This document shows, piece by piece, positions 1-9,379 of a stretch of DNA of 64,000 bases. Each line of letters starts with the position of its first letter. The first letter of the stretch is position 1. The position numbers and the translations under genes are program-made. Source of the DNA: Bacteroidales bacterium (GTDB taxonomy: Bacteria > Bacteroidota > Bacteroidia > Bacteroidales > GCA-2748055); the NCBI GenBank assembly GCA_030673645.1, contig DAOVIO010000003.1, positions 2,779-66,778 of the forward strand. Direction: 5' to 3'. Below the pieces are notes generated by a model. That model searched no databases. It was not told where the DNA came from and saw nothing but the letters and a program-made list of their open reading frames with translations.

Positions 1-443
1 AAATTTACTGTATCTTCATCTGAGTTAACCATACATGCAATTTTCGCAATATCTGCTCCTAAATTAATGCAATTTTTGAGTATACCTCTAAGTTCATCAG
101 AATCGGGAGTTCTTTCATAATTATGATATGAAATAATAAGCTGAGTGTCTTTTTCAGTCATTTCATTTTTTAACCAATCTAAAAACTCATCCACCGACTC
201 TAGTTCTAAATCCAAATACTCAATCCCGAGACTCAAAGCCAATAAAAACAAGGATTTTCTGTCGACAATATTTTCCTTATCTTCTCTACAAGTAAAAACA
301 ACTTTTGCAGATGATTTGATCAATTGTGAATACTCTTGTTCAGAAAAATTTAATAGATCCGCTCGAATCTCAATCATTTCAGATTCAACAGCAATCTTCA
401 TAGCCTCATTAAAACTGATATGTCCAAGGCTAACACAGATCAT
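1..443 (-). CDS. aroD: 3-dehydroquinate dehydratase, type I (partial; 3' end runs off window)
   Basis: Absent from the supplied ORF track because it runs off the window edge. Minus-strand translation from ATG at 443 gives MICVSLGHISFNEAMKIAVESEMIEIRADLL...LIISYHNYERTP...GADIAKIACMVNSDEDTV. This fits type I dehydroquinase (His in the xSxHxxxxTP motif, Lys in the AKIA motif). The start overlaps the aroB stop by 14 nt. The plus-strand ORF 145..459 is its antisense shadow. Confidence 0.7.
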   Translation of the reverse strand, partial: MICVSLGHISFNEAMKIAVESEMIEIRADLLNFSEQEYSQLIKSSAKVVFTCREDKENIVDRKSLFLLALSLGIEYLDLELESVDEFLDWLKNEMTEKDTQLIISYHNYERTPDSDELRGILKNCINLGADIAKIACMVNSDEDTVN

Positions 444-1458
444 TCAAAATCTTTTTTAAATCAGCTAACTTCAGTTTATGTACAACTGCCTTTCCTTCAG
501 CTTCCAGAAGAATAAACTGAAGAATATCTCCAGCCTTTTTCTTATCCTTAAGCATTGTCTCAGCCATATTATTCGGATCAAGATCTGCCTTTACAGGAAG
601 ACCTGTTTTCTCCAAAATAAGAGTGAGTTTATCCACAACATTCGAATGAATTAATCCAAGACTTGCAGACATCCGGGTAGCTAATATCATTCCAAGGCTA
701 ACTGATTGTCCGTGACTTAGCCCATGAAGTTTTTCAATTGCATGTGCAAAAGTATGACCGAAATTCAATATCTTCCTTTCTCCAAGTTCTCTTTCATCAG
801 ATTGAACAATATTTACCTTCACCTTAATCGATTCATAAACAATCTTCTTAAGAACTTCCCTATCCTGATTAAAAGCTGCTTCAATATTGTCTTCTAAAAA
901 ATCTGAGATTTCCGGATTCTTTATAAAACCATATTTGATGATTTCCGCAAAACCATCTGTAAACTCAACAAGAGGAAGTGATTTCAAAGTATCTATGTCG
1001 CATATGACAAATTCAGGCTGGCGTATTACACCCAAAAGATTCTTGTATCCTTCAAAGTTAATACCATTCTTCCCTCCAATCGATGCGTCAACTTGTCCAA
1101 GCAATGTAGTAGAAACAAATCCAAATGCTATTCCTCTAAAATATGTAGATGCAACAAATCCGGCTAAATCTGTCGTAACACCACCCCCAATACCAACGAT
1201 TCTCCAACTTCTGTCAACACCTATTTCGAGCAATTTTGCAAAAATCCTGGAATAATTCTCAATGCTTTTACTCTTTTCTCCTTCAGGAATAGTTATATGC
1301 TTAAAGCCCTCAAGCTTATTATTATGAAAATTAAGGACATTCTCATCTACCAGCAAAATTGTCATGGAAGGATCAACTATGTTTTTCAGATTCTCCATGC
1401 TTTCTGAAACATGGATTCTGGATAAACCAGAGCTGGTATTGAGTTCTAAATTAAGCAT
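430..1458 (-). CDS. aroB: 3-dehydroquinate synthase
   Basis: GIGGGVTTDLAGFVASTYFRGIAFGFVSTTLLGQVDASIGGKNGINF matches the AroB NAD/metal-binding core. Lies in an operon with other shikimate-pathway genes. Confidence 0.9.
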   Translation of the reverse strand: MLNLELNTSSGLSRIHVSESMENLKNIVDPSMTILLVDENVLNFHNNKLEGFKHITIPEGEKSKSIENYSRIFAKLLEIGVDRSWRIVGIGGGVTTDLAGFVASTYFRGIAFGFVSTTLLGQVDASIGGKNGINFEGYKNLLGVIRQPEFVICDIDTLKSLPLVEFTDGFAEIIKYGFIKNPEISDFLEDNIEAAFNQDREVLKKIVYESIKVKVNIVQSDERELGERKILNFGHTFAHAIEKLHGLSHGQSVSLGMILATRMSASLGLIHSNVVDKLTLILEKTGLPVKADLDPNNMAETMLKDKKKAGDILQFILLEAEGKAVVHKLKLADLKKILNDLC

Positions 1459-2554
1459 CTTTACTTTTATCGTCAGTATTCATAATTACAGTCTGACGGT
1501 TAATAGATTCCTGATGAATTGACCTAAATACTTTTAATATAAATTCTTCACTTAATCCTTTCTTAACACCAAGATTTAAGCGCTTTTTGAGCAGGTCATC
1601 CCAACGTTTCGATTGTAGAATTGTAAGATTATTTTCTTTTTTATGCGATCCAATTTCTCCTGCAACTTGCATCCTTTTTTCAAACAAGTTTATCAATTTG
1701 TCATCCAATTTATCAATTTGCTCTCTTAATTCAGCCAAATTAAGCTCAACCTCAGGGTCACCATCTGATTCACGTAATATTAATCGATCGAGCAATTCCT
1801 TAAGTGCATCTGGTGTAAGCTGCTGAGATGCATCGCTCAATGCTTTATCGGGATTTATATGACTTTCTATAATTAATCCATCAAAGTTAAGGTCCATCGC
1901 TTTTTGAGAAACATCATAAAGTAATTGTCTGTTTCCACAGATATGACTTGGATCTGTAATTATTGGCAAATCGGGTATTCTCCTTCTTAATTCAATAGGA
2001 ATTTGCCATTGAGGCTCATTTCTAAACAGAGTTTTATCATAAGTTGAAAATCCCCTATGAATTGCTGCAAGCTTGGTAATACCTGCATTATTTATTCTTT
2101 CGAGAGCCCCTATCCATAATTCAACATCAGGATTAACCGGATTTTTTACCAAAACTGGAATATCAACTCCTCTAAGTGCATCAGCAATATCCTGAACAGC
2201 AAAAGGATTGGCAGAAGTTCTTGCACCAATCCATATAATATCAACTCCATGTTTAAGAGCTTCGTATACATGCTTTACATTTGCCACCTCAGTTGAGGTC
2301 AACATACCTGTTTCTTCCTTAACTCGTCTCATCCATTTTAAGCCTTCGCTTCCCACACCTTCAAAGGCATTTGGTCGTGTTCTTGGCTTCCAGATACCAG
2401 CTCTGAATATTTTCACTCCATTTGCACTGAGAGCTTTAGCTGTTAGCATCACTTGCTCTTCTGATTCTGCTGAACAAGGTCCGGCAATTATTAACGGACG
2501 AGTTATACACTCACCACACCATGAGAAATTCTCAAGTTTCAAATCTATCCCCAT
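1451..2554 (-). CDS. bifunctional 3-deoxy-7-phosphoheptulonate (DAHP) synthase / chorismate mutase type II
   Basis: N-terminal IIAGPCSAESEEQ...FRAGIWKPRTRPNAFEGVGSEGLKWM is the KDO8PS-like DAHP synthase core. The C-terminal ~90 aa (LAELREQIDKLDDKLINLFEKRMQVAGEIG) is an AroQ chorismate mutase. Confidence 0.88.
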   Translation of the reverse strand: MGIDLKLENFSWCGECITRPLIIAGPCSAESEEQVMLTAKALSANGVKIFRAGIWKPRTRPNAFEGVGSEGLKWMRRVKEETGMLTSTEVANVKHVYEALKHGVDIIWIGARTSANPFAVQDIADALRGVDIPVLVKNPVNPDVELWIGALERINNAGITKLAAIHRGFSTYDKTLFRNEPQWQIPIELRRRIPDLPIITDPSHICGNRQLLYDVSQKAMDLNFDGLIIESHINPDKALSDASQQLTPDALKELLDRLILRESDGDPEVELNLAELREQIDKLDDKLINLFEKRMQVAGEIGSHKKENNLTILQSKRWDDLLKKRLNLGVKKGLSEEFILKVFRSIHQESINRQTVIMNTDDKSKDA

Positions 2555-2556
2555 TT

Positions 2557-3417
2557 TTATTCAATTATTGATTTACCTTTAGTATAAATACCTAATATTT
2601 CTAATTCGCTTGTAAAAGGACTAATAGCATCTAGAGCCTTTTTATGATAGTTGTAATCATCAAACATAAGATCTACATAAAACTGATATTCCCATTCCTT
2701 ACCAACGATAGGCATGGATTGAATTTTTGTTAAATTCTGATCATAATATGATAGTATCGACAACACTTTTGTCAGCGAGCCTGATTTATGTGAAAGAGCA
2801 AATTGAATAGATGTTTTATTTACTCCTTCAAGTGAAATTACTTCCCCGTTTAACTCCTTTAAAATAAGAAAACGAGTATAATTCATTTTATTTGTCTCAA
2901 TACTATCAGCCAAAATTTCAAGTTGGAATTTTTCTGCCGCCTGATTACTGGCAATCGCTCCTATACCGCTTAACTTTTTATCCTGAATTTCTTTTGCACT
3001 CAGGGCTGTATCTAATGACTCAATTAACCTTATGTCAGGATATCTGTCAAAAAAGGCCTGGCATTGAAGTATAGCCATTGGGTGAGAATATACTTCATGA
3101 ATATCTTCAATCTTTTGGTCAGGGAGAGCAACCAGATTTTGTTTGATCCGGATATATATCTCACCAATAATCTTCATGTCAGAACCTTTTATAAGGTTAT
3201 AATTAGGTAAGATACTACCTGCTAAACTGTTTTCAATAGCCATAATCCCATAATCAACTTGCCGCTTTTTCAAAGACTTCATCATATCCCGAAAAGTATC
3301 GCGAGGCATTATCTCTATTTCCTCGTTTTCAAAATAATGATGAGCAGCGATTTCATGAAAAGCCCCATAGCCTCCCTGAATAGCAATTTTTTTTATGGAT
3401 TTATCTTGTTTTGCCAT
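2557..3417 (-). CDS. pheA: prephenate dehydratase
   Basis: PDT domain (IAIQGGYGAFHEIAA, TRFLIL) followed by an ACT domain (GSLTKVLSILSYYDQNLTKIQSMPI...WEYQFYVDL). Confidence 0.9.
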   Translation of the reverse strand: MAKQDKSIKKIAIQGGYGAFHEIAAHHYFENEEIEIMPRDTFRDMMKSLKKRQVDYGIMAIENSLAGSILPNYNLIKGSDMKIIGEIYIRIKQNLVALPDQKIEDIHEVYSHPMAILQCQAFFDRYPDIRLIESLDTALSAKEIQDKKLSGIGAIASNQAAEKFQLEILADSIETNKMNYTRFLILKELNGEVISLEGVNKTSIQFALSHKSGSLTKVLSILSYYDQNLTKIQSMPIVGKEWEYQFYVDLMFDDYNYHKKALDAISPFTSELEILGIYTKGKSIIE

Positions 3418-3428
3418 TTTTTTAATCT

Positions 3429-3461
3429 AAAAAAGGCCCCAAATTATTTCCGGGACCTTTA
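3429..3461 (-). promoter_or_regulatory. terminator-like hairpin in the pheA 5' leader (candidate attenuator)
   Basis: Minus-strand RNA reads AAAGGUCCCGG-AAAUAAUUU-GGGGCCUUUUUU and ends 11 nt before the pheA ATG. No co-directional upstream gene exists for it to terminate. Confidence 0.4.
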
Positions 3462-3790
3462 TTTTTATTATCTAAAAAACGTAATCATCCCGATTCTATC
3501 TTCCAAAGAAATAAAAATAGTAGAACAGATATGATACATTAATATTTAGCATTATAATTTTTCCTGATTATTTTCAGCAAAATAAACCATTCTACTTATT
3601 ATTTGCAAGTAATTTGAATAGAAATATTTTGAATTGAAATCTTTATTTCTACTTTATTTAATTCTTTATAAAATATCTATTAGAATAATATGTGCGTAAG
3701 TTACTATTTTTAAGCCCTATAGGCCAATTCTATAAATAAATATATTAAAACTCGTCGAAATTGTATCAAAAGAAATGATGACAAATAAAG

Positions 3791-4453
3791 TTGAGAAAAA
3801 TCTCTAAATTCGTCCTGATGACAAAAAAAGAACGATACAAAAAAGTAATCGCCTGGTTTGAAAAGAATATGTCTGTGGCAGAGACCGAGTTAGATTATAC
3901 AAATCCTTACGAATTATTAGTTGCAGTAATCCTTTCCGCTCAATGTACCGATAAACGCGTTAATATCATTGGTCCGGCATTCTTCGAACGATTTCCTGAG
4001 GCAGAAACTCTGGCAGAATCGAGTGTAGAAGAAATATTCGAATTCATAAAATCATGTTCTTACCCTAACAATAAAGCGAAGCATTTGCAGGGAATGGCAA
4101 GAATGTTAGTTACGGAATTTAATTCTGTTGTACCTTCCGACATCGATGAATTGCAAAAGTTGCCAGGTGTGGGAAGAAAAACTGCTAATGTAATTGCATC
4201 TGTCATTTTCAATAAACCCACAATGGCTGTGGATACACATGTGTTCAGGATTTCTAACAGGATTGGGTTAACTACTAATTCCAAAACTCCACTTAAAACT
4301 GAGATGCAACTCATTAAAAACATTCCTGAGTCTTTGATTCCAAAGGCACATCATTGGCTTATACTTCACGGGCGCTATGTTTGCAAGGCCAGAAAACCGC
4401 GCTGTGAAGATTGCGGACTGCGACCTTATTGTAAATTTTATCAATCTAAATAA
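3791..4453 (+). CDS. nth: endonuclease III (DNA-(apurinic/apyrimidinic site) lyase)
   Basis: HhH-GPD motif LPGVGRKTANV and the C-terminal 4Fe-4S cluster motif CKARKPRCEDCGLRPYC. The likely true start is ATG at 3818 (MTKKERYKK). Confidence 0.9.
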   Translation: MRKISKFVLMTKKERYKKVIAWFEKNMSVAETELDYTNPYELLVAVILSAQCTDKRVNIIGPAFFERFPEAETLAESSVEEIFEFIKSCSYPNNKAKHLQGMARMLVTEFNSVVPSDIDELQKLPGVGRKTANVIASVIFNKPTMAVDTHVFRISNRIGLTTNSKTPLKTEMQLIKNIPESLIPKAHHWLILHGRYVCKARKPRCEDCGLRPYCKFYQSK

Positions 4454-4694
4454 TTTCTAAAATATACATTTGATACAACTTATTGTATTCTTATTCAAAA
4501 TCTATACAATATTAGACAGGTATACTTATAATCTATAGGGGATCTATATTTACTGAGATTTGTCGGAGGAAAGTATTTATTACACTAATTATTATATTTG
4601 TATGAAATAGAAAAAATCAGGAATTAATAAGGACTACAATTATTATAATATTAATTCAGGCTAATTAAGTCTTTATATATAATATATAGCTCAG

Positions 4695-6899
4695 ATGGAT
4701 GTAATTTATCTCGATTATAATGCAACAACTCCTATTGATCCTGAAGTTGCAGATTTCATGATCCCTTTTTTGAAAGGAAAATTCGGGAACCCTTCATCAA
4801 TACATGAATATGGTATTGAATCCAGAAAAGAAATCGAATTTGCACGTATCCAAGTAGCAAAGCTACTCAATTGCAAACCATTTGAAGTAATTTTTACAAG
4901 CGGAGGAACAGAAAGTAATAATCTTGCCATTAGAGGTGGAGCATATTCGATGAGAGATTTAGGGAATCATATCATTACTTCAAAAATCGAACACCCGGCA
5001 ATCCTTGAAGTTTGTAAACAGCTTGAAAAAGAAGGATTTTCAGTCACCTACCTTGATGTTGACGGCAAGGGAAAAGTAAATCCTCTCGACTTAAAAAAAG
5101 CGATTCGCGATTCAACCATCCTTGTAACGATTATGCAGGCTAATAACGAGGTTGGTAGTATTCAACCAATACTTGAGATTTCGAATATTATTGCAGGTAA
5201 GAACATACTTTTCCATACAGATGCTGCCCAAGCCATTGGTAAAATTTCTGCAGACGTTAAACTGCTCGGTGTTGATTTGCTATCAATTGCAGGACATAAG
5301 TTTTATGGGCCTAAAGGAATTGGGGCTCTATTTATAAAAGATGGCGTACATCTTGTTAAGCAAATGTATGGCGCCGATCATGAACAGAATATACGTCCGG
5401 GTACTGAAAACGTACTCGAAATTGCTGGTTTAGGCAAAGCTGCAGAAATTGCATTGAGAGATATGAAAATCAATGCACTGACTATGAAGAAAACACGGGA
5501 TTTGCTATATGATAGTATAATCCACGAGATCCCTAGAGTTAAAATAAACGGCGATCTTGATTACTGTTTGCCTAATACACTTAGTCTTAGCTTCCCTGGC
5601 TTGGATGTTTCATTATTATTTTCAGAAATGAGAGAAATTGCTGCTTCTGCAGGTGCAGCATGTCACACCGATAAGATTGATATTTCGCATGTTCTTGAAG
5701 CAATGAAAGTTCCACAGGAATACGCAATGGGCACAGTACGTTTATCGACCGGGAAGCATAGCACTGAGGAAGAAATAAGAAAAGCAGCTTCCATTCTAAT
5801 CAAAAAGGTGAAGCAACTAACAACTTCTGGTTTTGATGATATTCAATTAAATTTACAATCAGAAGAAGTCAAGCTTACTCAATATACACATGGTTTAGGT
5901 TGTGCCTGTAAAATTTCTCCAAAAATTCTGGAGGAAGTATTGAAAGACCTTCCCATTCCGATAAATTCAAATATCATTTTGGGACCCGAAACATCAGATG
6001 ATGCATCAGTATACAAGATCAACGATGAGACAGCAATTGTTCAAAGTGTCGACTTTTTCACACCAGTAGTTGATGACCCATTCGAATTTGGAAGTATAGC
6101 TGCAGCCAATGCGCTAAGCGATATTTATGCTATGGGTGCGAAACCACTTTTCGGTTTGAATATTGTAGGATTCCCACATCAACGGCTGCCTATTGAAGCA
6201 TTAAAAAGTATTCTTCTCGGAGCCCAGGATGTATGCGATGAAGCAGGAATTCCCATTCTTGGTGGGCATACAATTGAAGACAATGAACCCAAGTTTGGTA
6301 TGGTTATAAGTGGAGTGATCCATCCTAATAAAATTATTAAAAATCAAGGATCACAAGAAGGTGACATACTCTATCTAACAAAGCCAATAGGCACAGGGAT
6401 TTTAAGTACGGCCTTAAAAAGAGGATTACTAAATGATTCTATTAAAGAAGAATTGTATCAAAACATGCGTAGGCTGAACAAAGGGTCTGCAGAATTAATG
6501 ATGGATCACGAACCTTCAGCTTGCACTGATGTTACAGGATTCGGATTACTTGGCCATCTGAAAGAATTATGTGAAGCCTCAAATATAAGTGCTGAAATAA
6601 ATTATAAAGAAGTTCCTCTTTTACCAATGGTTGAAGAATTCGTTAATCAAGGCATTATTCCTGGAGGAACTGAAAATAATCTTCGCTACCTTGAGGAGTA
6701 TATCCATTTTGATCCTAAGATTTTAAAATATCAAAAAACAATATTGTGTGATGCTCAAACTTCAGGAGGATTATTAATTTCTATTCCTGAATCTCAGGCA
6801 AAAGATTTTGAATCAAATTTCAACAGACAAGGTGAAATGATCAGGAGTATTGGGAGAATAATTCCAAAAGTTCACCCAGTTATTAGTATTAAAACTTAA
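4695..6899 (+). CDS. selD: fusion protein: NifS-like cysteine desulfurase / selenocysteine lyase (N-terminal) + selenide, water dikinase SelD (C-terminal)
   Basis: Residues 1-~385 are a class V aminotransferase/NifS fold (YLDYNATTP, SGGTESNN, AGHKFYGPKGIGALF, C-terminal AGAACH). Residues ~390-734 are SelD (LTQYTHGLGCACKISPKILEEVL, with Cys rather than Sec, plus an AIR-synthase-like fold). Confidence 0.85.
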   Translation: MDVIYLDYNATTPIDPEVADFMIPFLKGKFGNPSSIHEYGIESRKEIEFARIQVAKLLNCKPFEVIFTSGGTESNNLAIRGGAYSMRDLGNHIITSKIEHPAILEVCKQLEKEGFSVTYLDVDGKGKVNPLDLKKAIRDSTILVTIMQANNEVGSIQPILEISNIIAGKNILFHTDAAQAIGKISADVKLLGVDLLSIAGHKFYGPKGIGALFIKDGVHLVKQMYGADHEQNIRPGTENVLEIAGLGKAAEIALRDMKINALTMKKTRDLLYDSIIHEIPRVKINGDLDYCLPNTLSLSFPGLDVSLLFSEMREIAASAGAACHTDKIDISHVLEAMKVPQEYAMGTVRLSTGKHSTEEEIRKAASILIKKVKQLTTSGFDDIQLNLQSEEVKLTQYTHGLGCACKISPKILEEVLKDLPIPINSNIILGPETSDDASVYKINDETAIVQSVDFFTPVVDDPFEFGSIAAANALSDIYAMGAKPLFGLNIVGFPHQRLPIEALKSILLGAQDVCDEAGIPILGGHTIEDNEPKFGMVISGVIHPNKIIKNQGSQEGDILYLTKPIGTGILSTALKRGLLNDSIKEELYQNMRRLNKGSAELMMDHEPSACTDVTGFGLLGHLKELCEASNISAEINYKEVPLLPMVEEFVNQGIIPGGTENNLRYLEEYIHFDPKILKYQKTILCDAQTSGGLLISIPESQAKDFESNFNRQGEMIRSIGRIIPKVHPVISIKT

Positions 6900-7067
6900 T
6901 CCGGTCTTCTTTTTGTCTTTATTAATTTTCTATTGGCCATTTATTAAATTTTATAATTGCTATATCAATCATATTAGGTAATTGCAAGTTTTGTTTTTAT
7001 AAAAAAAGTGTTAATTTTACTACAGCTATAAAATCATTTCCTATTAGTATATTAAAACAAGATATCT

Positions 7068-8006
7068 ATGAACAGCAAAATCTTGGATAACCTAAAAAAT
7101 TTCATCCTGCTATTTGCATTCCTGGGATTTCTACTAGGAGGATGTTCTTCTGATAAAAAAACAGATGACCAAAATAATGAGAGTGATTTGACCGAGGGTT
7201 TCAGTACTGAACTAGATGATGATTTAGTAGAAAAAATTAATACCGCAAAAAGGATATTCTACTCTCTTCCTTCCCCATTAGAAACAGCTATGCTTATAAA
7301 AAACGCTGGCGCTGATTATGATGAAAATTTGCTGAACTCCATTTCCAATGCTGATAATTACAATACCAATATGGAAATGGCACTTAACCTTGGAATATAT
7401 TCTACCGACCTTAGTTACGCTAGTTTGTTTGACCAAACTCAGGCTACATTAAACTATATTAATGCAGCAAAGAAAATGGCGGACGGACTCGAAATTCTTG
7501 ACGCAATTGATGAAACTATCATAAACAGGCTGGAAGAAAACATAAATAATAGGGATATCATTATTGACATTATATCTGAAACCTTGATGAACTCTAGTTC
7601 ATTTCTAGAGGATAGAGGTTTACGATCTACTTCTGCAATTATACTAGTTGGAGGTTGGGTTGAAGGGCTTCATCTTGCAACCAATCTAGTTGACGAAGGT
7701 AGCGACCTTTTAACTAACAAATTAGTTGAAAGAATTGTAGATCAAAAACTTTCTCTAGGTATTGTTCTGAACCTTCTTGAAAACAATCAGGAAAGTGTTG
7801 AAATTCAATCTTTACTTGTAGATGTAAATGCTCTTAAAACTATTTATGATAAGATCAGTATTGATCAAGGTGAGATTAGTGCTGTTGAAGATCCCAAAAC
7901 AAATGTTACTACCTTAAAATCGGAAACGACTATTTTAATTACTCCGGAAATTTTTAGAGAATTGTCTGAAAAAGTTAGTGAACTTAGAACAAAATATATT
8001 TCATAA
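7068..8006 (+). CDS. hypothetical lipoprotein
   Basis: Long ORF with a lipoprotein signal (LLFAFLGFLLGGCSS). I recognise no family. Confidence 0.6.
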   Translation: MNSKILDNLKNFILLFAFLGFLLGGCSSDKKTDDQNNESDLTEGFSTELDDDLVEKINTAKRIFYSLPSPLETAMLIKNAGADYDENLLNSISNADNYNTNMEMALNLGIYSTDLSYASLFDQTQATLNYINAAKKMADGLEILDAIDETIINRLEENINNRDIIIDIISETLMNSSSFLEDRGLRSTSAIILVGGWVEGLHLATNLVDEGSDLLTNKLVERIVDQKLSLGIVLNLLENNQESVEIQSLLVDVNALKTIYDKISIDQGEISAVEDPKTNVTTLKSETTILITPEIFRELSEKVSELRTKYIS

Positions 8007-8465
8007 ATGCTTAATATATTTATTATGAAAAGAAATTTTTTTGTCAGTCTGATATTGTTAAGTTTCGCATTGATTCCTTTTAAGGCTAATGCACAATGTA
8101 AACAATTTGCGAAAAATACATGCAAGGTAGGTTTATCTCCATACCAGCATGATGGGAATTATCATGCTGCAGTCCTTCTTGAAGGTGAAGAGGCGGAATT
8201 GTACAAAACATTTTATTCAGACACCGATTATAGAATTGGTGTCTGCGGAGCAAATAACCTTGGAGATATTGAATTTAGTATTGAAGATGGAAACGGCAAA
8301 GTGCTGTATAATAATAAATATAACGAATATGAATGGAAATGGGATTTCCTTCTGGAATCTAGTCAGCAATTAAAGATAATTATTAAAGTTCCTGTTACAG
8401 ATGGATTAGCAGATGAACCTATGGAAGGTTGCGTTTCCATTTTGTTTGGATTTAAAGATAAATAA
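8007..8465 (+). CDS. hypothetical secreted protein
   Basis: ORF with a signal peptide (MKRNFFVSLILLSFALIPFKANA; likely start 8025). It directly follows the previous gene and is followed by an intrinsic terminator. Confidence 0.55.
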   Translation: MLNIFIMKRNFFVSLILLSFALIPFKANAQCKQFAKNTCKVGLSPYQHDGNYHAAVLLEGEEAELYKTFYSDTDYRIGVCGANNLGDIEFSIEDGNGKVLYNNKYNEYEWKWDFLLESSQQLKIIIKVPVTDGLADEPMEGCVSILFGFKDK

Positions 8466-8484
8466 TCGAAAATAAAATCTTGTT

Positions 8485-8515
8485 AAGCCTATGGATTATC
8501 ATAGGCTTTTTTTTT
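8485..8515 (+). terminator. rho-independent terminator
   Basis: AAGCCTATG-GATTAT-CATAGGCTT stem-loop followed by a T run. Confidence 0.75.
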
Positions 8516-8548
8516 CTACTGTTGAATTGATAATTTAAAACTATTCTT

Positions 8549-9379
8549 ATGAAATTTCATGGATTTATAATAGTACTCAGCCTTGGTTTTTTTATTAGCC
8601 CAGCAGGACCGCGTTCCTGTGATGATGTTTTAGATACTGCAATTGCTGTTGCAATGGGTACAGATTCAGGACCCAAAGCTCTTTCAAATACGGAAATAAT
8701 TAATGGTCTAAAAACTGCTCTGAATGTTGGTACGGATTCATCAGTTTCCACAACCTCGGCTATAAATGGATTTTACAAAGACGAAGCCATTAAAATCCTC
8801 CTTCCACCAGAAGCTAAAATATTATATGATAATAAAGATAAAGCCTTATTGAAGACGCTGAAGTTGGATCAAAAAATTGAAGAAGCTATTATGGCACTAA
8901 ACAGAGCAGCTGAAGATGCTGCAAAAGAAGCTGGCCCAATTTTTAAGGATGCCATCCTGAATATGTCAATAAGTGATGGAATGAGTATACTAAAAGGAAA
9001 AAATCCTCTTATCTCTCAATCCAATGCTGAATTTGATTCTTCTGCTGCTACATCTTACCTCCAGTCTGCCACTAGAGATAAATTACGTGATGCCTTTGCT
9101 CCAAAAGTAAATACCAGTCTCGATAAAGTATTAGTGGGAAATTACTCTCCTAATCAGATCTGGAATTCGCTAAGCACAAACTACAATACTGTGGCAGATA
9201 AATCGTTTGGCATGGTCGAACCCATGAATAATACCAATTTAGGTGCCTATGTAACAGAAAAAGCATTAGATGGATTATTTCTTAAAGTAGCCGAAGAAGA
9301 AATTAAAATCCGTCGCGACCCATGGGCCTGGGCTAAAACCTCGGTAGGGAATATATTATCGAGAGTCTTTGGGGGGTAA
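8549..9379 (+). CDS. DUF4197 domain-containing protein (secreted)
   Basis: Signal peptide. LSNTEIINGLKTALNVGT...IKILLPPEA...LNRAAEDAAKEA...YVTEKALDGLFLKVAEEEIKIRRDP resembles the DUF4197 family as I recall it. Confidence 0.6.
   Translation: MKFHGFIIVLSLGFFISPAGPRSCDDVLDTAIAVAMGTDSGPKALSNTEIINGLKTALNVGTDSSVSTTSAINGFYKDEAIKILLPPEAKILYDNKDKALLKTLKLDQKIEEAIMALNRAAEDAAKEAGPIFKDAILNMSISDGMSILKGKNPLISQSNAEFDSSAATSYLQSATRDKLRDAFAPKVNTSLDKVLVGNYSPNQIWNSLSTNYNTVADKSFGMVEPMNNTNLGAYVTEKALDGLFLKVAEEEIKIRRDPWAWAKTSVGNILSRVFGG

Noticed and set aside
145-459. 104-aa plus-strand ORF from the supplied track
   Set aside because: It lies entirely antisense to a much better minus-strand reading frame that encodes a type I dehydroquinase (aroD, 1..443). 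Its Ser/Ile/Phe-rich low-complexity composition is typical of a shadow ORF.
4454-4694. tRNA-Sec gene or SECIS-like element next to the SelD fusion gene
   Set aside because: The spacer is AT-rich with no cloverleaf-compatible stems, and neighbouring ORFs show no same-frame split at TGA.
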